Both the position numbers and the translations under genes were made by a program. From Ostrea edulis (taxonomy: Eukaryota): a DNA stretch of 64,000 nucleotides. Each line of letters opens with the position of its first letter. Positions within the stretch are counted from its first letter, which is position 1. Below are positions 12,683-25,681 of the stretch, in pieces. The DNA lies in contig NC_079164.1 in assembly GCF_947568905.1 (NCBI RefSeq), positions 109,306,001 to 109,370,000 of the forward strand, read 5' to 3'. A model generated the notes under the pieces. The model made no database searches and had not been told where the DNA came from. It saw nothing but the letters and a program-made list of their open reading frames with translations.

Positions 12683-13897
12683 CACACATGCCAACTTTTA
12701 AAAATCCCCATGGGGGATTTTGCGCGCTGTGACCTTTTTTCAAAGCTCTAAATTCACGACATTTTACCATGAAAATAAATATTTGTCTTTTCAAATAAAA
12801 TATCTATCTAATCATTGTACATGTATCATATATTAACACAACATCAAGTGTGTTTGACCATTAACTTTAACAAAACTATTTTTAAAAAAAACCACTTTGA
12901 AAGATATACATAATTATTTTATTAAAATCATCTAGCTATTCAGCAAAACACCCTTTCCAAGAGCAAGTCACATACATTTTATCAAATAATACTTAAAGTT
13001 GCATCCTTTTACACCATATAAACATTGGCTGATCTATATATCAAAATTTAAATTAAGCACATGCATTTAGGCACGACTACAAAGACGATCTTGCTTGTCT
13101 GTAAACATGGGCTTGCAGAGTCTGATGGAACAATCTGCATTGCAACCAGAAAAGGAGTGATCTGCCATGCTATGAAGTTTGCGAACAAAACCTTTGCACC
13201 GATGAAATCTGAAATAAATACCAGGGAAAAAACCCACATCAAAATATACGTTTTTACTTTTAAATTAAGGCTACTTGCTAATATAAAATTCAGTAGAGAC
13301 TTGTGCGAATTACTCATCACAAAGACTATATAATACATCGCTGTATACAGATAGATTCGGATAGCCTATATTATTATAGTTGGAAAAAAATATATTTGAC
13401 ATACCTATTGCATATTTTGAATGCTGTCAGCGAGAGGCAAAAATCAGGAATGTCCGATTGTTTGATGGTGACACTCATCGTTGTCATTCACGTTTGTGTA
13501 AAGGATATGTCAATTTGAAATCCGTCTTCCCTATTAATTACTATCAAAACATGCTTCCCACTATCCAATAAACATCCCGACATAGGCAGACCAGGTAAAT
13601 TACACCACCTGATACCACGCGACACAGCTAAACAGCAATGACTGACTATTAGGTAAACAGCAATGACTGACTATTGTCCCGATTTCTGATTTACCAGTTC
13701 AGAAATGACTCCGAAATGATGCGGGATTTCAAATTCCGGTTGGAAATCAGGGTTTGTTGTCGTAAAATGGGAGATAGTTTTAGAAAATCAGGATTTCAGG
13801 GGTATTTTTGCAATCATGATCGGGATATCTGGATTTGTCTTTTCAACTGCTTCAAATCAGGAGAATCCCGCACAAATCAGGAAAGTTGGCATGTATG
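12683..13897. mobile_element. hAT-like MITE ends
   Basis: CACACATGCCAACTTT (12683-12698) / AAAGTTGGCATGTATG (13882-13897), 15/16 inverted match. Flanks show no 8-bp TSD, so the two ends may not be one insertion. Confidence 0.45.
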
Positions 13898-16800
13898 TAC
13901 TGTTCTCATTAAAGTGAGGTCGTCTTTACTAGTATAATTTATGTATAACTTGGATTGGTGATCCAGATACATTCAGAGATTATATATCAAACTGTTCACA
14001 ACCGTGATGTGATGATAATGAATTTGCAAACACTGTTGATGTCTTCTGAATTTTGATAAATAATTAGGAATAGAAAAATCATTTGATAATTTAAAGTGAT
14101 GACTTACTAACAACAATGCTGATTGGATGAAAAACTTGTTATAAAAAATTTTTTTTTTTGTAAATTGCCACTGCTTGAATTTTTCACTCTCAACATAGTT
14201 CCACACTCCTGTGTATAGTATTTTGCGAAGTCAATGATTTAATGACAGGAACATAAATTTTGTTGGAGCCTTTTTCAATAGTTATTGTAAAAAATCTTTT
14301 TATAGCCATAAATTATTTCAAAAGTCTTGGTTATATTGAATAGCCAATGATGTGTTTCAAAATATTGAATCCAAGGACAATAGCTCTGTTTTCATTAAAT
14401 TATTTATCAAGTCTATTATGAGATAGATTTCCTTTATTTTTGACAAACATTTTACCAAGGTGAAAAGGAATCATCTGTCTTTTCATGAAATTGTGTAAAA
14501 TTTTAATCCTGAGCCAATTTTTAATGGCTCAACTGTATGGCGCTAGAAATCGTTTTTTTATGGGGGTATATACATACTCTGGAAGCTATAGATTTGAATT
14601 TACAGTATATACTACCACACAAATGATTATTGATCACAAATATCTAGACATATCGTATTGTTTATGTATTTTAAAATTATGTATGAAGTACAAGTATTTA
14701 CATATTTTTATTTATTTTAAGTATATATTATTTATTTTGAAAATTATTTTTACCGGTAACTGATATTCTTTCAATTTCAACTAATCTATCGTTTATTGGT
14801 AAAATTGAACTACGAACCCAATTTAATATTGAAATATTCATATGTATACCGGTGAAATATATTTCATAAAAGATTGAATATTGTTAACAAATAATAATTT
14901 AGATCATCATTCTTGACTCTTAAAAACTCGATTGTTGATACAATGAATTATACCTGAATCCCACAATAACAGTTTTTACCACTAAGTAAACATGGTGTCA
15001 GGTACTAGTAATTAGGAGACCATTAATAATTGCTTAGGTAACCAAGTGATCATTGCCCATACATGTAATAGATCAAGGGTTGCATTTAAACCCCAAACAG
15101 ATATGGCTTGGATATGGAGCACCTCATAATTATTAATTTCTCAAAATATTTTTTGAAACATAGATAAAAACACTAGAGCATTGACTTGAAATTGTCAACC
15201 GTTTCTGACAAAAATGTGTACCAACTTAAAAGCGGGTCAATGGCAAATTCCTACAAAATAACCTTTAAAAATACAACCGACTTATAGGTGGACCGACTTA
15301 TAGGCGAGTATATACAGTATTAAGGAAAGGTATGGATTTTTTTCTCATAAATAACTATAACAGATGTACATATACTAATATAAACAGAAAAAATGATATT
15401 TAAACCATATGCTATAAGGAAAATGCGTCCACATTTTTTTTTTTTTTTTTTTTTATAACATTTTGGACATGTCATTCTAAAACTCGAACATATTGAAAAT
15501 GACATGTGTTTTAGTTATTAACATGTTTCCCAATAAATAAATGCAATTCAAAAGATATTTTGTTGTTTTTATTTTAAAATAACAACAAATAACTGTTTCC
15601 AATGAATTTCATAAAAATCTACATAGGGGTACATGACTTCAGTGGTGTCTGTAATAAAAATCAATATGGAAATCCTTAACTGTTTTGCCTTTTTTCATTA
15701 CTCTGAATGTTAATTTATTGATTCCAAACAAAAAAAATGCTTCCTAAACCCCAAAAAATCCAGGACCAAGGACCCACCTTAAACAACTTTTAGATTAATT
15801 GCTTTAGAGTTTGTTATGAATCCATTGATAAGTGAATGTGTATTTAGAATTTTGGCTCAATTGGAGCTGATGTAGAATTTGTTGTGCTTCTTGAAAGTAT
15901 CAATAAAGAATGTAGAGTGATTTTCATATTTTTAGATAATCCTAGAGTTGCACTCTTATTTCACTGCTAAAGTTTACACTTGATAAACTTTTCTTCATGG
16001 GATGTCATATGGTAAGACCTTTAACTTGGGTTGTATTATATGAAAAATATCCATAAAATGAAATAAAACAATCAAAATTCACATTTCATATGTGAAATTA
16101 AATTATTTATAAATTTACATTTCCAATTGTTTTCTAGAGATGTGATAGCCTTTTGAAGCTCAATGTGTTATTTCTCCAAAACTTGCATCCGGATGTAAAT
16201 TTCTCAGTTCATGAAAGGTCAGTGGTTACTGGTCAGGGACTTTGGAAATTAACATGGATTGTCGCATATTTTCTATTCTGCAGTATTTTTGATATGTCAG
16301 TTTTATATTTTCATTTTTATTTCAAATATAGATGTATAGGAGTCACTGTTTGGTTTGTTGGGTGTGTGAGGTGATTAACAACATTGGAAAACAAGATAAA
16401 TAGTGCCTCTTCAAAGTATGATAAAGAAATTTTATAGTGATTTTCATATTTTTGGATAATCATAAATTAGTAATTACTTTACTGCCAAAGTTTTTGCTCT
16501 TCAACTCTACCCTTCAAAGCTGTTCTATAAATTAATCTTGTTTCCACTGTAGTTTATCACCTCGCATCCTTGTAAACTAGACAGCGATTTCTTAGTGAAA
16601 AAATGTAACAACTATAGATTGTTGCTGTGACATGTAGTTTATAAAGATTTCTTTTTATGTTGTATAAAAGAATTTTTAAAAAAAAGAAAAAGAAAGAAAA
16701 AAAATCATAAAAAGGCCAAAGGAAAAAAACAACCCTTGAAGTAACAAAGATTTATGAAATAAAAAAAAAAAACAAAACAAAAGGAAGAGAAAGAATGCAA

Positions 16801-17313
16801 GAAAATTTGAAATGAAACAATGAATGAACGTCTTGTTACTTTGTAATATTGTTGATTGGTGAAGTGACAGTGATACATGAAGCAAGATTTAGATTTGAAA
16901 TGTGCTGGTTTAGTGTGTATTGAAAGTAATATTCAGAACTTTTTACTGAAATAATGTCAGAATGATGTGTTTCAACATGATTACTAAAATGTATTGTACT
17001 TTGTACCTTTTAATTAATTAAGAATGAATGTCAAATTCCATAGTTCAGTGCTCCTGGCAGTACACTACATACTTTTTTGAGCACTTAGAACAGTCGGGCC
17101 ACTTCAAATGATTTTTACTAGACCTACCTAACATCTGTGGTTTATAAACGTAAACTGCCTCAAACCAATTTATATCGTATAAAATAATTTTTTTTTTAAA
17201 AATACATTCCTTAATTACATTTATATCTATTTATTGGAAACTAAACTTTCTACACATTCACATTTTTAATCAGCAATGAGTAGATGTTGTACAACATCAC
17301 TTCTGGCTGCAAC

Positions 17314-17472
17314 TTATTTATTTACAACTAAAAATACACATTAAGTTGTCATGCGGTTTAGAATTATTTATTTACAACTAAAAATACACATTCAGTTGTC
17401 ATGCGGTTTAGAATTATTTATTTACAACTGAAAATACACATTCAGTTGTCATGCGGTTTAGAATTATTTACA
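17314..17472 (+). repeat. 50-bp tandem repeat, ~3.2 copies
   Basis: TTATTTATTTACAACTAAAAATACACATT(A/C)AGTTGTCATGCGGTTTAGAA starting at 17314, 17364 and 17414. Confidence 0.95.
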
Positions 17473-17787
17473 AAGATTTTGCAGTTATTTCTTAGAATAA
17501 AATAAAGTTTCTTGTTTATTTTTCCAACACGATCAGTTGGACTAGAAAACTGACATTTTACCTGGCTGCAGGACTCGTCATTTAGTAGACTTGGTCAGTC
17601 AGATGTGCCTTTGTGTCAAACCCTGGTTTTGCACAGTTTGAGAAATCTGTCCCTTATTCACATATAACAGATAGTGTTCATTTTCAAGTGTAGACATGCA
17701 CTTATAGTCAAAAGATACTGATTACCAGAGACGGGGAGGGGAATCTTAGCTTTTTGAAGTGGGTTCAAATTCTCTTGGAGACTATTA

Positions 17788-18471
17788 CACGCCCGCACCT
17801 CAGATCTCCAGATTTTTTCCGCATTGAAAATATGGAAAAAATGCGGATGGGAGTATTGGGACTCTTTTTTCCGGATAAATTTTTAAAATATGGAAATGAG
17901 GGAATATGGAAATCTTTAACAGAAATGCAGAAATACGGTAATTTGTAACAAATATGCATAAATACAGAAATCTGCAATAGAAATATGGAAATCTGTAACA
18001 GAATTAAGGAAATCTGTAACAAATGCTGAAAAAAGAAAACTCTTCAATAAACCTCATTTAAATTCTTATGGGAATAATTATTACATCCTAATGAAACTGT
18101 AAGGGTTACAATTAAAAGCTCTGTCAACAAATAAACAGATAAATTGATAAAACCAAACATCTGCAACCATGTGCAGTTCTTTGAATTGTCCACTTCGAGG
18201 CTTGTTCAATATTTGGTCATAAAATCACTCGAGTTTCATCCGCAACTCCACTGGCTACCGTCAGTCCCATCCATTTTTTATGCATTTCAAAGGATCTGTA
18301 CTCATAAACACATTGTTGTAGTCAAAGTAAACTCACTTCGAAAGTCACGGTTGAAGGTACAAATTGGATTAAACTTTTTAAAAATCCTCATTTTGGAAAT
18401 ATTCACAATCATTCATGAAGAACACTCTGAAAAAATATTGTTTTTGTCCTGTCTGTCATTCTGTAATTCTG

Positions 18472-18508
<37 letters not shown>

Positions 18509-18514
18509 AAGTGA

Positions 18515-18546
<32 letters not shown>

Positions 18547-18614
18547 GTGACAAAACCTTTCCGTGGGTACCAACATTTTTGACCCCGTGACCTTGACCTT
18601 GGAGTATGACCTAC

Positions 18615-18654
<40 letters not shown>

Positions 18655-18843
18655 AAGAGATAGAGCTTTGATATTTCACATGAGTATTCCATGTGACAAG
18701 ACCTTTTCTTGGGTACCAACATTTTTGACCATGTGACCTTCTAAATGGTAAATATTAGAGCTTTCATATTGTACATGAGCATTTCTTTTGACAAGATCTT
18801 TCTACTGGTACCAAGATATTTGCCCTTGTGACCTTGGCCATCT

Positions 18844-18895
<52 letters not shown>

Positions 18896-19091
18896 CCAGA
18901 TGAAGTTCTGCATTCCTATAGCGTTTCTGATTGAAAATAGACTAAGTCCAACTTTCCGTATTTTTTCCACATATTTTTCAGATTTTTTCCTCATTTCTTT
19001 ACTTTCTTAATTTCATCCATTTTTTCTGCATCTAAAATACGGAAAAGATACGGATATACATGGAAATCTGCAGATCTGAAGTGCGGGCAAG
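17788..19091. mobile_element. Non-autonomous TIR element carrying a nested Helentron-like insertion
   Basis: GCCCGCACCTCAGATCTCCAGATTT (from 17791) vs reverse complement of ~19063-19088 GCCCGCACTTCAGATCTGCAGATTT; internal GAAATCTG/CAGAAAT repeats; no TSD seen. Confidence 0.55.
18436..18895 (+). mobile_element. Helitron/Helentron-like non-autonomous element with internal ~145-bp tandem repeat
   Basis: AACTTTAACCTTGCTAATAAC monomers at ~18478 and ~18623; 3' end GGGGGCATTTGTGTTTCACAAACACATCTTGTTT with a GTGTTT/AAACAC hairpin. Confidence 0.7.
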
Positions 19092-19639
19092 TTAGCCTCT
19101 ACTCTACCAAATCTAGGGTTTCTGACACTTTTTCCTTGTAAAAACCAGCATGGATACCCTATTAAGTTTTGTTATTAATGGTATAATGTTTTAGTGTTGG
19201 TGACGTTAGGCATGAGTTTACTGCCAAGAAAACTTTTTTTGGTCCTTAATATATGTAGTGATTAAGGAGGTATGCTACACCAGAGAATTTTGATATGGCT
19301 GAAAGTGGAGGGTATGTACAACAATATTTGAAATCGAAAACTTTCAAATTTACTTTATTTAGTCAAAAAATGCAGTTTTAGTAGAAAGCAATCTGAAAAA
19401 AAATTAAAACCTGTTAGACTTGAAACTGTGATCTACAGTTCAGCAGTCTATGTGCTAACCTACTGAGCTACTCGGCTAATCAATGGTTTTTGAATGAATA
19501 GACAAATATTGCTGATATTTAAATATAATATTTTCATCCATGTTTTGAAACGAAGTCAGGCATCGTGACAATGTAGAGTACCTCCTTAAACAGATTTTTT
19601 CCCCCCCAAGTGTACTGCTAAAATTATTTTATAAATCTA

Positions 19640-21450
19640 GCAATATGTATGCTTTTTATTTGCTTTGTTCAGTTTGTTGAAATGGGGGTTTACACACTTG
19701 TATTCCATTTCAGGGAGTTGAATTGGGCTCATATAAAATGTACAAACTGGAATATACATCATACTTCTGTAGAATGTTAAAACAAAATGATGTGAAATTT
19801 TAGTGCTGGATTAACTTTCCGTGAATAGACAACTATTGTTCAGTGGTTGCTTTCTGTTTTAGTAAATTGACTTTTGTCAGTTTAATAGGAGAAAAAGCAA
19901 AACATGTTGGATAATGTGTTGTCATTACAAAATAATAGAAATTAGAAATTTTTGTTGAAAAATTGTTTTGAGCGTTTATATTTTCTGAAATGAAAAGGAC
20001 TGCATGGAAAAGAAATTCAGGAAAGACATTCATATACTTTAAGAAAAAGACTGTTAGTTTAAATTCAACATTTTGCAAAGAACAGAGGAGATGAACATTG
20101 CTTTCTCTTTGTGTTTCAAAAGTTATTTGTATACATGAATGAAAAAGCTGAGAAGGAAGATGCTGGTGAAGAATCGACAAAGATAAGACTCTAGCTGGTT
20201 CTAATCACTTCATACTGTCACCTTATTCTTCCTGATCGATGTGAAGTGAAATGTGTTCCTAGAACCAGATTAGACAGAAATCCAGCTATATATCGTAAAC
20301 ACTTGTATGCACAGTCCTTCATTTTAAGTGATGATTAGGATGGAGTGAAGAAGATATTTTAAGTGATGATTAGAATGGAGTGAAGAAGACATTTTAAGTG
20401 ATGATTAGGATGGAGTGAAGAAGACATTTTAAGTGATGATTAGGATAGAGTGAAGAAGACATTTTATGTGATGATAAGGATGGAGTGAAGAAGACATTTT
20501 AAGTGATGATTAGGATGGAGTGAAGAAGACAGAAGAACAGTGAACATTGTCAGTCAACCTCAATGTGAAAAACAGATTAACTTAACTTGTGTGTAGAAAA
20601 GAAAACGTTCAATTTGTGTCTGCCATTTGAGTGCCTATCTCTCCTTATCATGGAATCTTGATGTCCATTGTGCTGCTGTGGGAACATTCGGTGCATTAAA
20701 TTGGACTGCAGTAGCCCTTTTTGGTTTCAAGTAACTTAGTAACTGCCAATTTGCGTGCTGTCATAGAGGGTACAGTACAGGGGGCAGCTAGTTTCTCTAG
20801 TATACTCCATGCCCTGCTATACCTCAATGTTTGCATTGTGTGGACAGAGAATACTTGATCATTCTGAAACAGATTTCTGGAAAAAGAAGACATTCCTTTG
20901 TAGGGATTTGGAATGTTTCATGGTGATGTGCAGTTAGATACAAAAATGAGTAAAGGAGATGAAAGTGTTACACAAGGATCAGCAAATACTATAAAATCAC
21001 TTATTTTCATGTTGATGTTATTTTCATTGAATAGAAATAAATGTACAAGTCAAATATCTGAAGAGGAAGAATTCAGCCCCTAAAAGGAAACTATGCTATC
21101 ATTTTCAAGTTGTTTCATAGTTTAATCCCATAAAAATAATTATTTGTATGTCGGAGTTCGATTAGTTTTTTAGTTTCTATATACAGGTATTTTATTTTAT
21201 AACCTTCGTGGAAAGCCTTTTATCTTTTTCTATACATATTTGGTTGCAAAATCTTGATCTATAATCACTTGTCCATGCTCACACATCTGTTTTCACAATA
21301 AACACCAAAGAATTGATCGAAGTTTACTGCTATAAGGATAGAAACAGGTGCAATACATTTTTTATTGTACGTGTCATTGGGTCATTGTAAAGTAGTGATA
21401 ATTTAGAAATTTCATTTTGGAAAATACATGAAGTTATGAACTGCGATGCT
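19640..21450 (+). repeat. Segmental duplication, copy 1 (copy 2 at ~35730-37250)
   Basis: Colinear high-identity blocks in both copies, e.g. TGCTTTTTATTTGCTTT..TCAGTTTGTTGAAATGGGGG, AACCAGATTAGACAGAAATCCAGCTATAT and GGACTGCAGTAGCCCTTTTTGG. Identity decays after ~20890/36920. Ends approximate. Confidence 0.85.
20322..20531 (+). repeat. 35-bp minisatellite, 6 copies
   Basis: TTTTAAGTGATGATTAGGATGGAGTGAAGAAGACA units at 20322, 20357, 20392, 20427, 20462 and 20497. Confidence 0.95.
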
Positions 21451-22501
21451 TTATGCCAGGATACTTCACGAGGTGCGTGTGCGTTAGCATTTAATGAAAA
21501 GTATGCTGATGTGAAGACTTCAGTTCATGCCCCATGTATTTTTCAAAATGAATTAATTTGAAATTTTTAAAATATATCTAAATTTTACTTTCATTTCTCT
21601 TGGAATTCCCAGCCATTATACTAGGCATATTATATTTGTGAAGATGTTCACAATTGCATCGTATTTATGAGGAAATGGCTCTCATTACAATTTGTAAAGA
21701 CATCGAAGGGAAAAACATTGGAAATGTAAATATACATGTGTGTGTGTTCTAAACAAATGTCGGGAAAATTCAAGAGTTATTTGGGATATTTTTATCCACT
21801 TTTATGTGTCAATTTTATTTTCATTTATTAATTATGTATTAGTAATCCTTTACAATTTTTTTTCTTACTCAATTTAGTTGATCCCTGATTTTGGCTCTTT
21901 TCACCACAGCCTCTTTTTGGAAAAGTTTGCAAAGAATTCTTAAAAAGGTGAAATTATGTTTGCCCATTTCTCACAATTCAATCTTCTTGAGATATGCATT
22001 AACTTATCAATGGAAAGAAATGAGATTAACTCCTCTCTACAAGTGTATTCTGTTGAATGTCTTAAATTGTCTCAATGCATAGGAATTATTTCAATTTTTG
22101 TAGAGTTCAACAGCATTGATTTAGATATTTTTAGATTTACTGCAAATTAAGTAACAGTGGGCAAATTTTCCCCAATCAATCAATGTACAGCATATATCTT
22201 TGGGATTTACTACTAACACCCCCCCCCCCCCTACAATAATTGGTTGATGGCTGGTCTCACCAACAAGGGACTGCACAGGTTTCTTTCCCCAATTTGCACA
22301 ATGTTCTTTGTATAACAGGTAGGCATCAGGGTGATGAGTTAAAAAAAATACCTCTATGTCTCATACTATTTCCTTTTCAAGAGGACAGTTCACCGAAGCT
22401 TGTTTTTGCTTTAAAAATCAACACTGTAAAACTGTATGAGAATGAAATATGTCATTTATTTTAGACAACAAATGATGAAGATAAAGATTCATACAAAGAA
22501 G

Positions 22502-22689
22502 GGGGGAAATCAGCGATCCACGAACACTGTCATAATCTTGCACAATATGTCAACCCATCATTTCTGATTTCCCCCATATAGATAATTTCACAAATAAATA
22601 TGGTACTGACCAGTTCAAACAGGGGAAAATCAGTAGATACATACAATGTAATTACACAGGATTTCAACACATCTGTCCTGATTTTCCCC
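22502..22689. repeat. Two tandem ~120-bp units, each a 12-bp perfect inverted repeat around a divergent loop
   Basis: GGGGGAAATCAG (22502-22513) / CTGATTTCCCCC (22564-22575); GGGGAAAATCAG (22622-22633) / CTGATTTTCCCC (22678-22689). Confidence 0.8.
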
Positions 22690-22808
22690 ATACGTGATTA
22701 TCACAAATAACAAACAATGACTAGTTAAAATACAGACCTTGGAAACTTGTTCCAAAATGTACAACAATCAAAAAGATGGCGAACAAAAAGGGCCAAAGAT
22801 ATGATTAA

Positions 22809-25158
22809 CTTCTTATCTACCACAGCTGCTCTGGCCATTCACTACTATACACAGTTCTTATCTCTCACTGCAGCAGCAGTGTGAGGGTTAATTACCAGAG
22901 ATATTTTGCAGCTGAGGAGATTTGCTGCTGGAATGAATGGTACACACATAAAACTCTCAATATCTCATTTATTTATTGGAATATTTTAAAAATTCAAAAA
23001 GTTTTTTATTCAGTGATGTTTCAATTTTATAAATTCAATTTTATAAACCCCAAAAAGTTAATTATTTCAAAAATGGCTTTCATTTACTATATTTACATAG
23101 CATTCCTTGAAATATACACAATAAGTGTAATTAATTCATTTTAACAGTTCTTGGTGGTACTTGAAAAAGCAGTCATTCTTTATGCACAGTCTAACATTAC
23201 ATTGTCTGCATCCAGTAGAGACTTCGTGTCTCTTGTTCTGCTTTGCACATCCCTTACATCGTCCAGCTTTTTCAAATTGAATGGGCCAATGTGCATCCCC
23301 ACAATTTCCCGTCACTCCAGGTGCCCTACGCTTTCTACTTCCTCTGAATGTTCCGATCATCTGCTGCGCCAATGCCATTCGGAAGTCCAACTGTGTTCTC
23401 TTTTTTTCCTTGTTTGTTTTGGTCAGCAACTTATGATTTGGCGATTCTTGCATGCAAATCAAGGAATTGACAAGTGCAACATCAAAACAAAACCAAAACA
23501 AGTACTTGTACCATTTTTTGGCTTTTCTGCAAGTGGAATACTGCATCCTCTTTTGGTCAGCCAAGTCTACACCAAACATATATTTGTTGTATAGCTCAGA
23601 GACACTTGGAGCTGACACATCCTTTAGGGTCCCATCCTTTTGACGTCTTTGCACTACTCTGGTCTGTGTAGGATCGCAGTTTGTGCTTAGGTAAGTCACA
23701 ATCTTCTTGTCTTTCCATGCTGTTGCTACTAGGTTGCCTTTCTGCATTGTAAGGGATTCTCCTCTGTTCTTTAATTTGGCACTTTTGATGGCTTCTGGCA
23801 TTCCACGGCGATTTATTCGGACAGTGCCACAAGAGTAGATCTTTTCACGTAACAAGCGTTCAAACAGTTCTGGGCTCGAAAAAAAATTGTCCATGTAAAT
23901 CACATGCGATTTTCCAATCAATTTCCGAGTTAGGTCCTTCACCACACGTGCCCCCAACCCTTCCTCTGGTCTTCTCTCTGCGACTCTTCCGGTGTACACT
24001 TGAAATTCATGTACGTATCCATTGTGTGGTGAAGCACGCTCCCACACTTTTATTCCAAATTTTGTGGGTTTGGCCGGTAAGTACTGTTTGAATGACAGTC
24101 TTCCTTTGAAGGCTATCATTCCTTCATCAATGGACTGTTCTTTATGAGGACTGTAGTTTTCCAAACATGTCTCAGAAAGTTTGTCAATTACTGGTCTAAT
24201 ATGACACAGTTTGTCATGTCCTTGGCGTCCCTTAGGTGGATTTTGTCTGGTATCGTTCATGTGAAAGTATTTGGAAATTCTCTCAAAACGTGTCCTTGTC
24301 ATAATGGAAGGTATACTTGGAAGCTCAAAGGGCCACAATGACTTCCATGCAAGGGTGTACGAAGGAACTCCTATGACGGAAAATACTACATGAATTCCCA
24401 AAAACGCCATCATTTCAAGAAAGGTAGTAGGGACCCACACTTTATCCGGCCTTGTTTCAATGCATCGCGCAGCATACTGATTTGTTTCCTCTACAATTTT
24501 GTCGATTAAAGAAACAGGGAAAAATTTGTGAAAGAAATCTAATTGTTTCTTATGTTCTTCTAAAACAAAAGCTGCTCCAACTTGCTCATTAAACTCGGCA
24601 ACGTTTGGTCTGGAGAGCGTTCTTGTCCAAGTTTCTTCGTCTATTTCCTCTTCTGATTCTTCGGACGAGGAGGAATCATCAATATCGGAGAAAGAAATAT
24701 CACTTCCAATACTTCTTGTCTCCGTTCCATCTATTTCTGAATTTGTAAATCCCTCAAATTCAAAATCTTCATCGTCTGATAGAAATATATCGAGAATGTT
24801 TTCCGCCATCTTGACTTGCTTCGAATAGTGTAAACAACGCTTTGGAAAGCTCCTTTGTACTTGTTAATAGATAACCTAATATGGAAAACTGACGTATTGT
24901 ATTACAGATATACCTTTCCTAAAACTAATTTTCATTGGTTCAGAGATGGGAAATCTCTCCAATCTAACCAATCACATTTAATGTAACATGTGTAAAAAAG
25001 CGGATATATCAGTCAGTACGATTGCGCATGTATTTGTTTACAGCGGATATATACGACAATGCGGTTTAGCTAGTGGTAATATCAGACGGGTTTATCCGTC
25101 ACTGCGAGCACAGAGAAGATAAAATAAGCGTGTATATACGTCAGTGGTAGGGAAAGAG
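22809..25158 (-). mobile_element. piggyBac element with intact transposase; 3' terminus degenerate
   Basis: 5' end TTAA (25159-25162) + CTCTTTCCCTACCACTG. Best 3' end is TTAA (22805-22808) + CTTCTTATCTACCACAG, a 12/17 match; the left boundary is therefore less certain. Confidence 0.8.
23136..24809 (-). CDS. piggyBac transposase (PGBD4-like), 557 aa, uninterrupted
   Basis: ATG in CAAGATGGCGG context; acidic N-terminus; DDD triad SIDEGM / YMDNFF / GVDLADQ; C-terminal CRD CKGC...CRQC...LC...CFFKYH. Confidence 0.96.
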   Translation of the reverse strand: MAENILDIFLSDDEDFEFEGFTNSEIDGTETRSIGSDISFSDIDDSSSSEESEEEIDEETWTRTLSRPNVAEFNEQVGAAFVLEEHKKQLDFFHKFFPVSLIDKIVEETNQYAARCIETRPDKVWVPTTFLEMMAFLGIHVVFSVIGVPSYTLAWKSLWPFELPSIPSIMTRTRFERISKYFHMNDTRQNPPKGRQGHDKLCHIRPVIDKLSETCLENYSPHKEQSIDEGMIAFKGRLSFKQYLPAKPTKFGIKVWERASPHNGYVHEFQVYTGRVAERRPEEGLGARVVKDLTRKLIGKSHVIYMDNFFSSPELFERLLREKIYSCGTVRINRRGMPEAIKSAKLKNRGESLTMQKGNLVATAWKDKKIVTYLSTNCDPTQTRVVQRRQKDGTLKDVSAPSVSELYNKYMFGVDLADQKRMQYSTCRKAKKWYKYLFWFCFDVALVNSLICMQESPNHKLLTKTNKEKKRTQLDFRMALAQQMIGTFRGSRKRRAPGVTGNCGDAHWPIQFEKAGRCKGCAKQNKRHEVSTGCRQCNVRLCIKNDCFFKYHQELLK

Positions 25159-25379
25159 TTAACTAATCATATTCAGAGCCATCCAAGGTGAGCTGTCCTT
25201 TAACTTGTGTAACAAATTCAAAACATTTATACATAAGTTGTGAAAAACATTACTACAATTCAACCATCGCGGAGGTAATTAATGGATATTTCGGTTGGAC
25301 CCTGTTGGTGAATCAGCACGCAAACATGCCTAAAACAGGTACTTTAAAGTGGGAAGGGAAATGGATTGGAGGTTTTTCC

Positions 25380-25630
25380 GTAGCAGTTAAACACTGACCT
25401 GCATGGTAACCCCGTTGTTGCAGCAGTTAAACACTGACCTGCATAATGACCTCATAATTGCGACACTTGACTTGCATGGTAAACCCCATTTTTAGGGAAG
25501 TAGAACACTGGCATCTTTGGTAAATGTTATAATAAGGTGAAAAATTGGCCTGCATAGAAAGATACCGGGTACAGCCAATGAGTGAAATAAGCCAACAACT
25601 TGATGCAGCAGTTAAACACTGACCTGCATA
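25380..25630. repeat. Short direct repeats downstream of the DIRS recombinase
   Basis: AGCAGTTAAACACTGACCTGCAT at ~25383, ~25423 and ~25607, plus a degenerate copy at ~25463. Confidence 0.8.
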
Positions 25631-25681
25631 AAATATTTGAACTTCACTAACGAATGAGCTGATTCAGGAGAGGTGAATTGA

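Noticed and set aside
15275-15319. Tc1/pogo-like terminus (GACTTATAGGCGAGTATATACAGTA)
   Set aside because: Only one end is visible and no partner TIR was found.
20322-20531. CRISPR-like array (35-bp units; also 17314-17472, 28665-29330 and 36390-36564)
   Set aside because: Units are head-to-tail with no unique spacers, there are no cas genes, and the context is eukaryotic.
23151-24341. Plus-strand ORFs over the piggyBac, and similar ones over the Gypsy (48267-52009) and other elements
   Set aside because: Antisense shadows of real minus-strand coding sequence, with no recognisable domains.
23136-24809. Calling the intact ORF a domesticated PGBD4 host gene
   Set aside because: It retains a TTAA-bounded 5' terminus, has no introns and sits among transposon relatives; orthology cannot be shown from this window.
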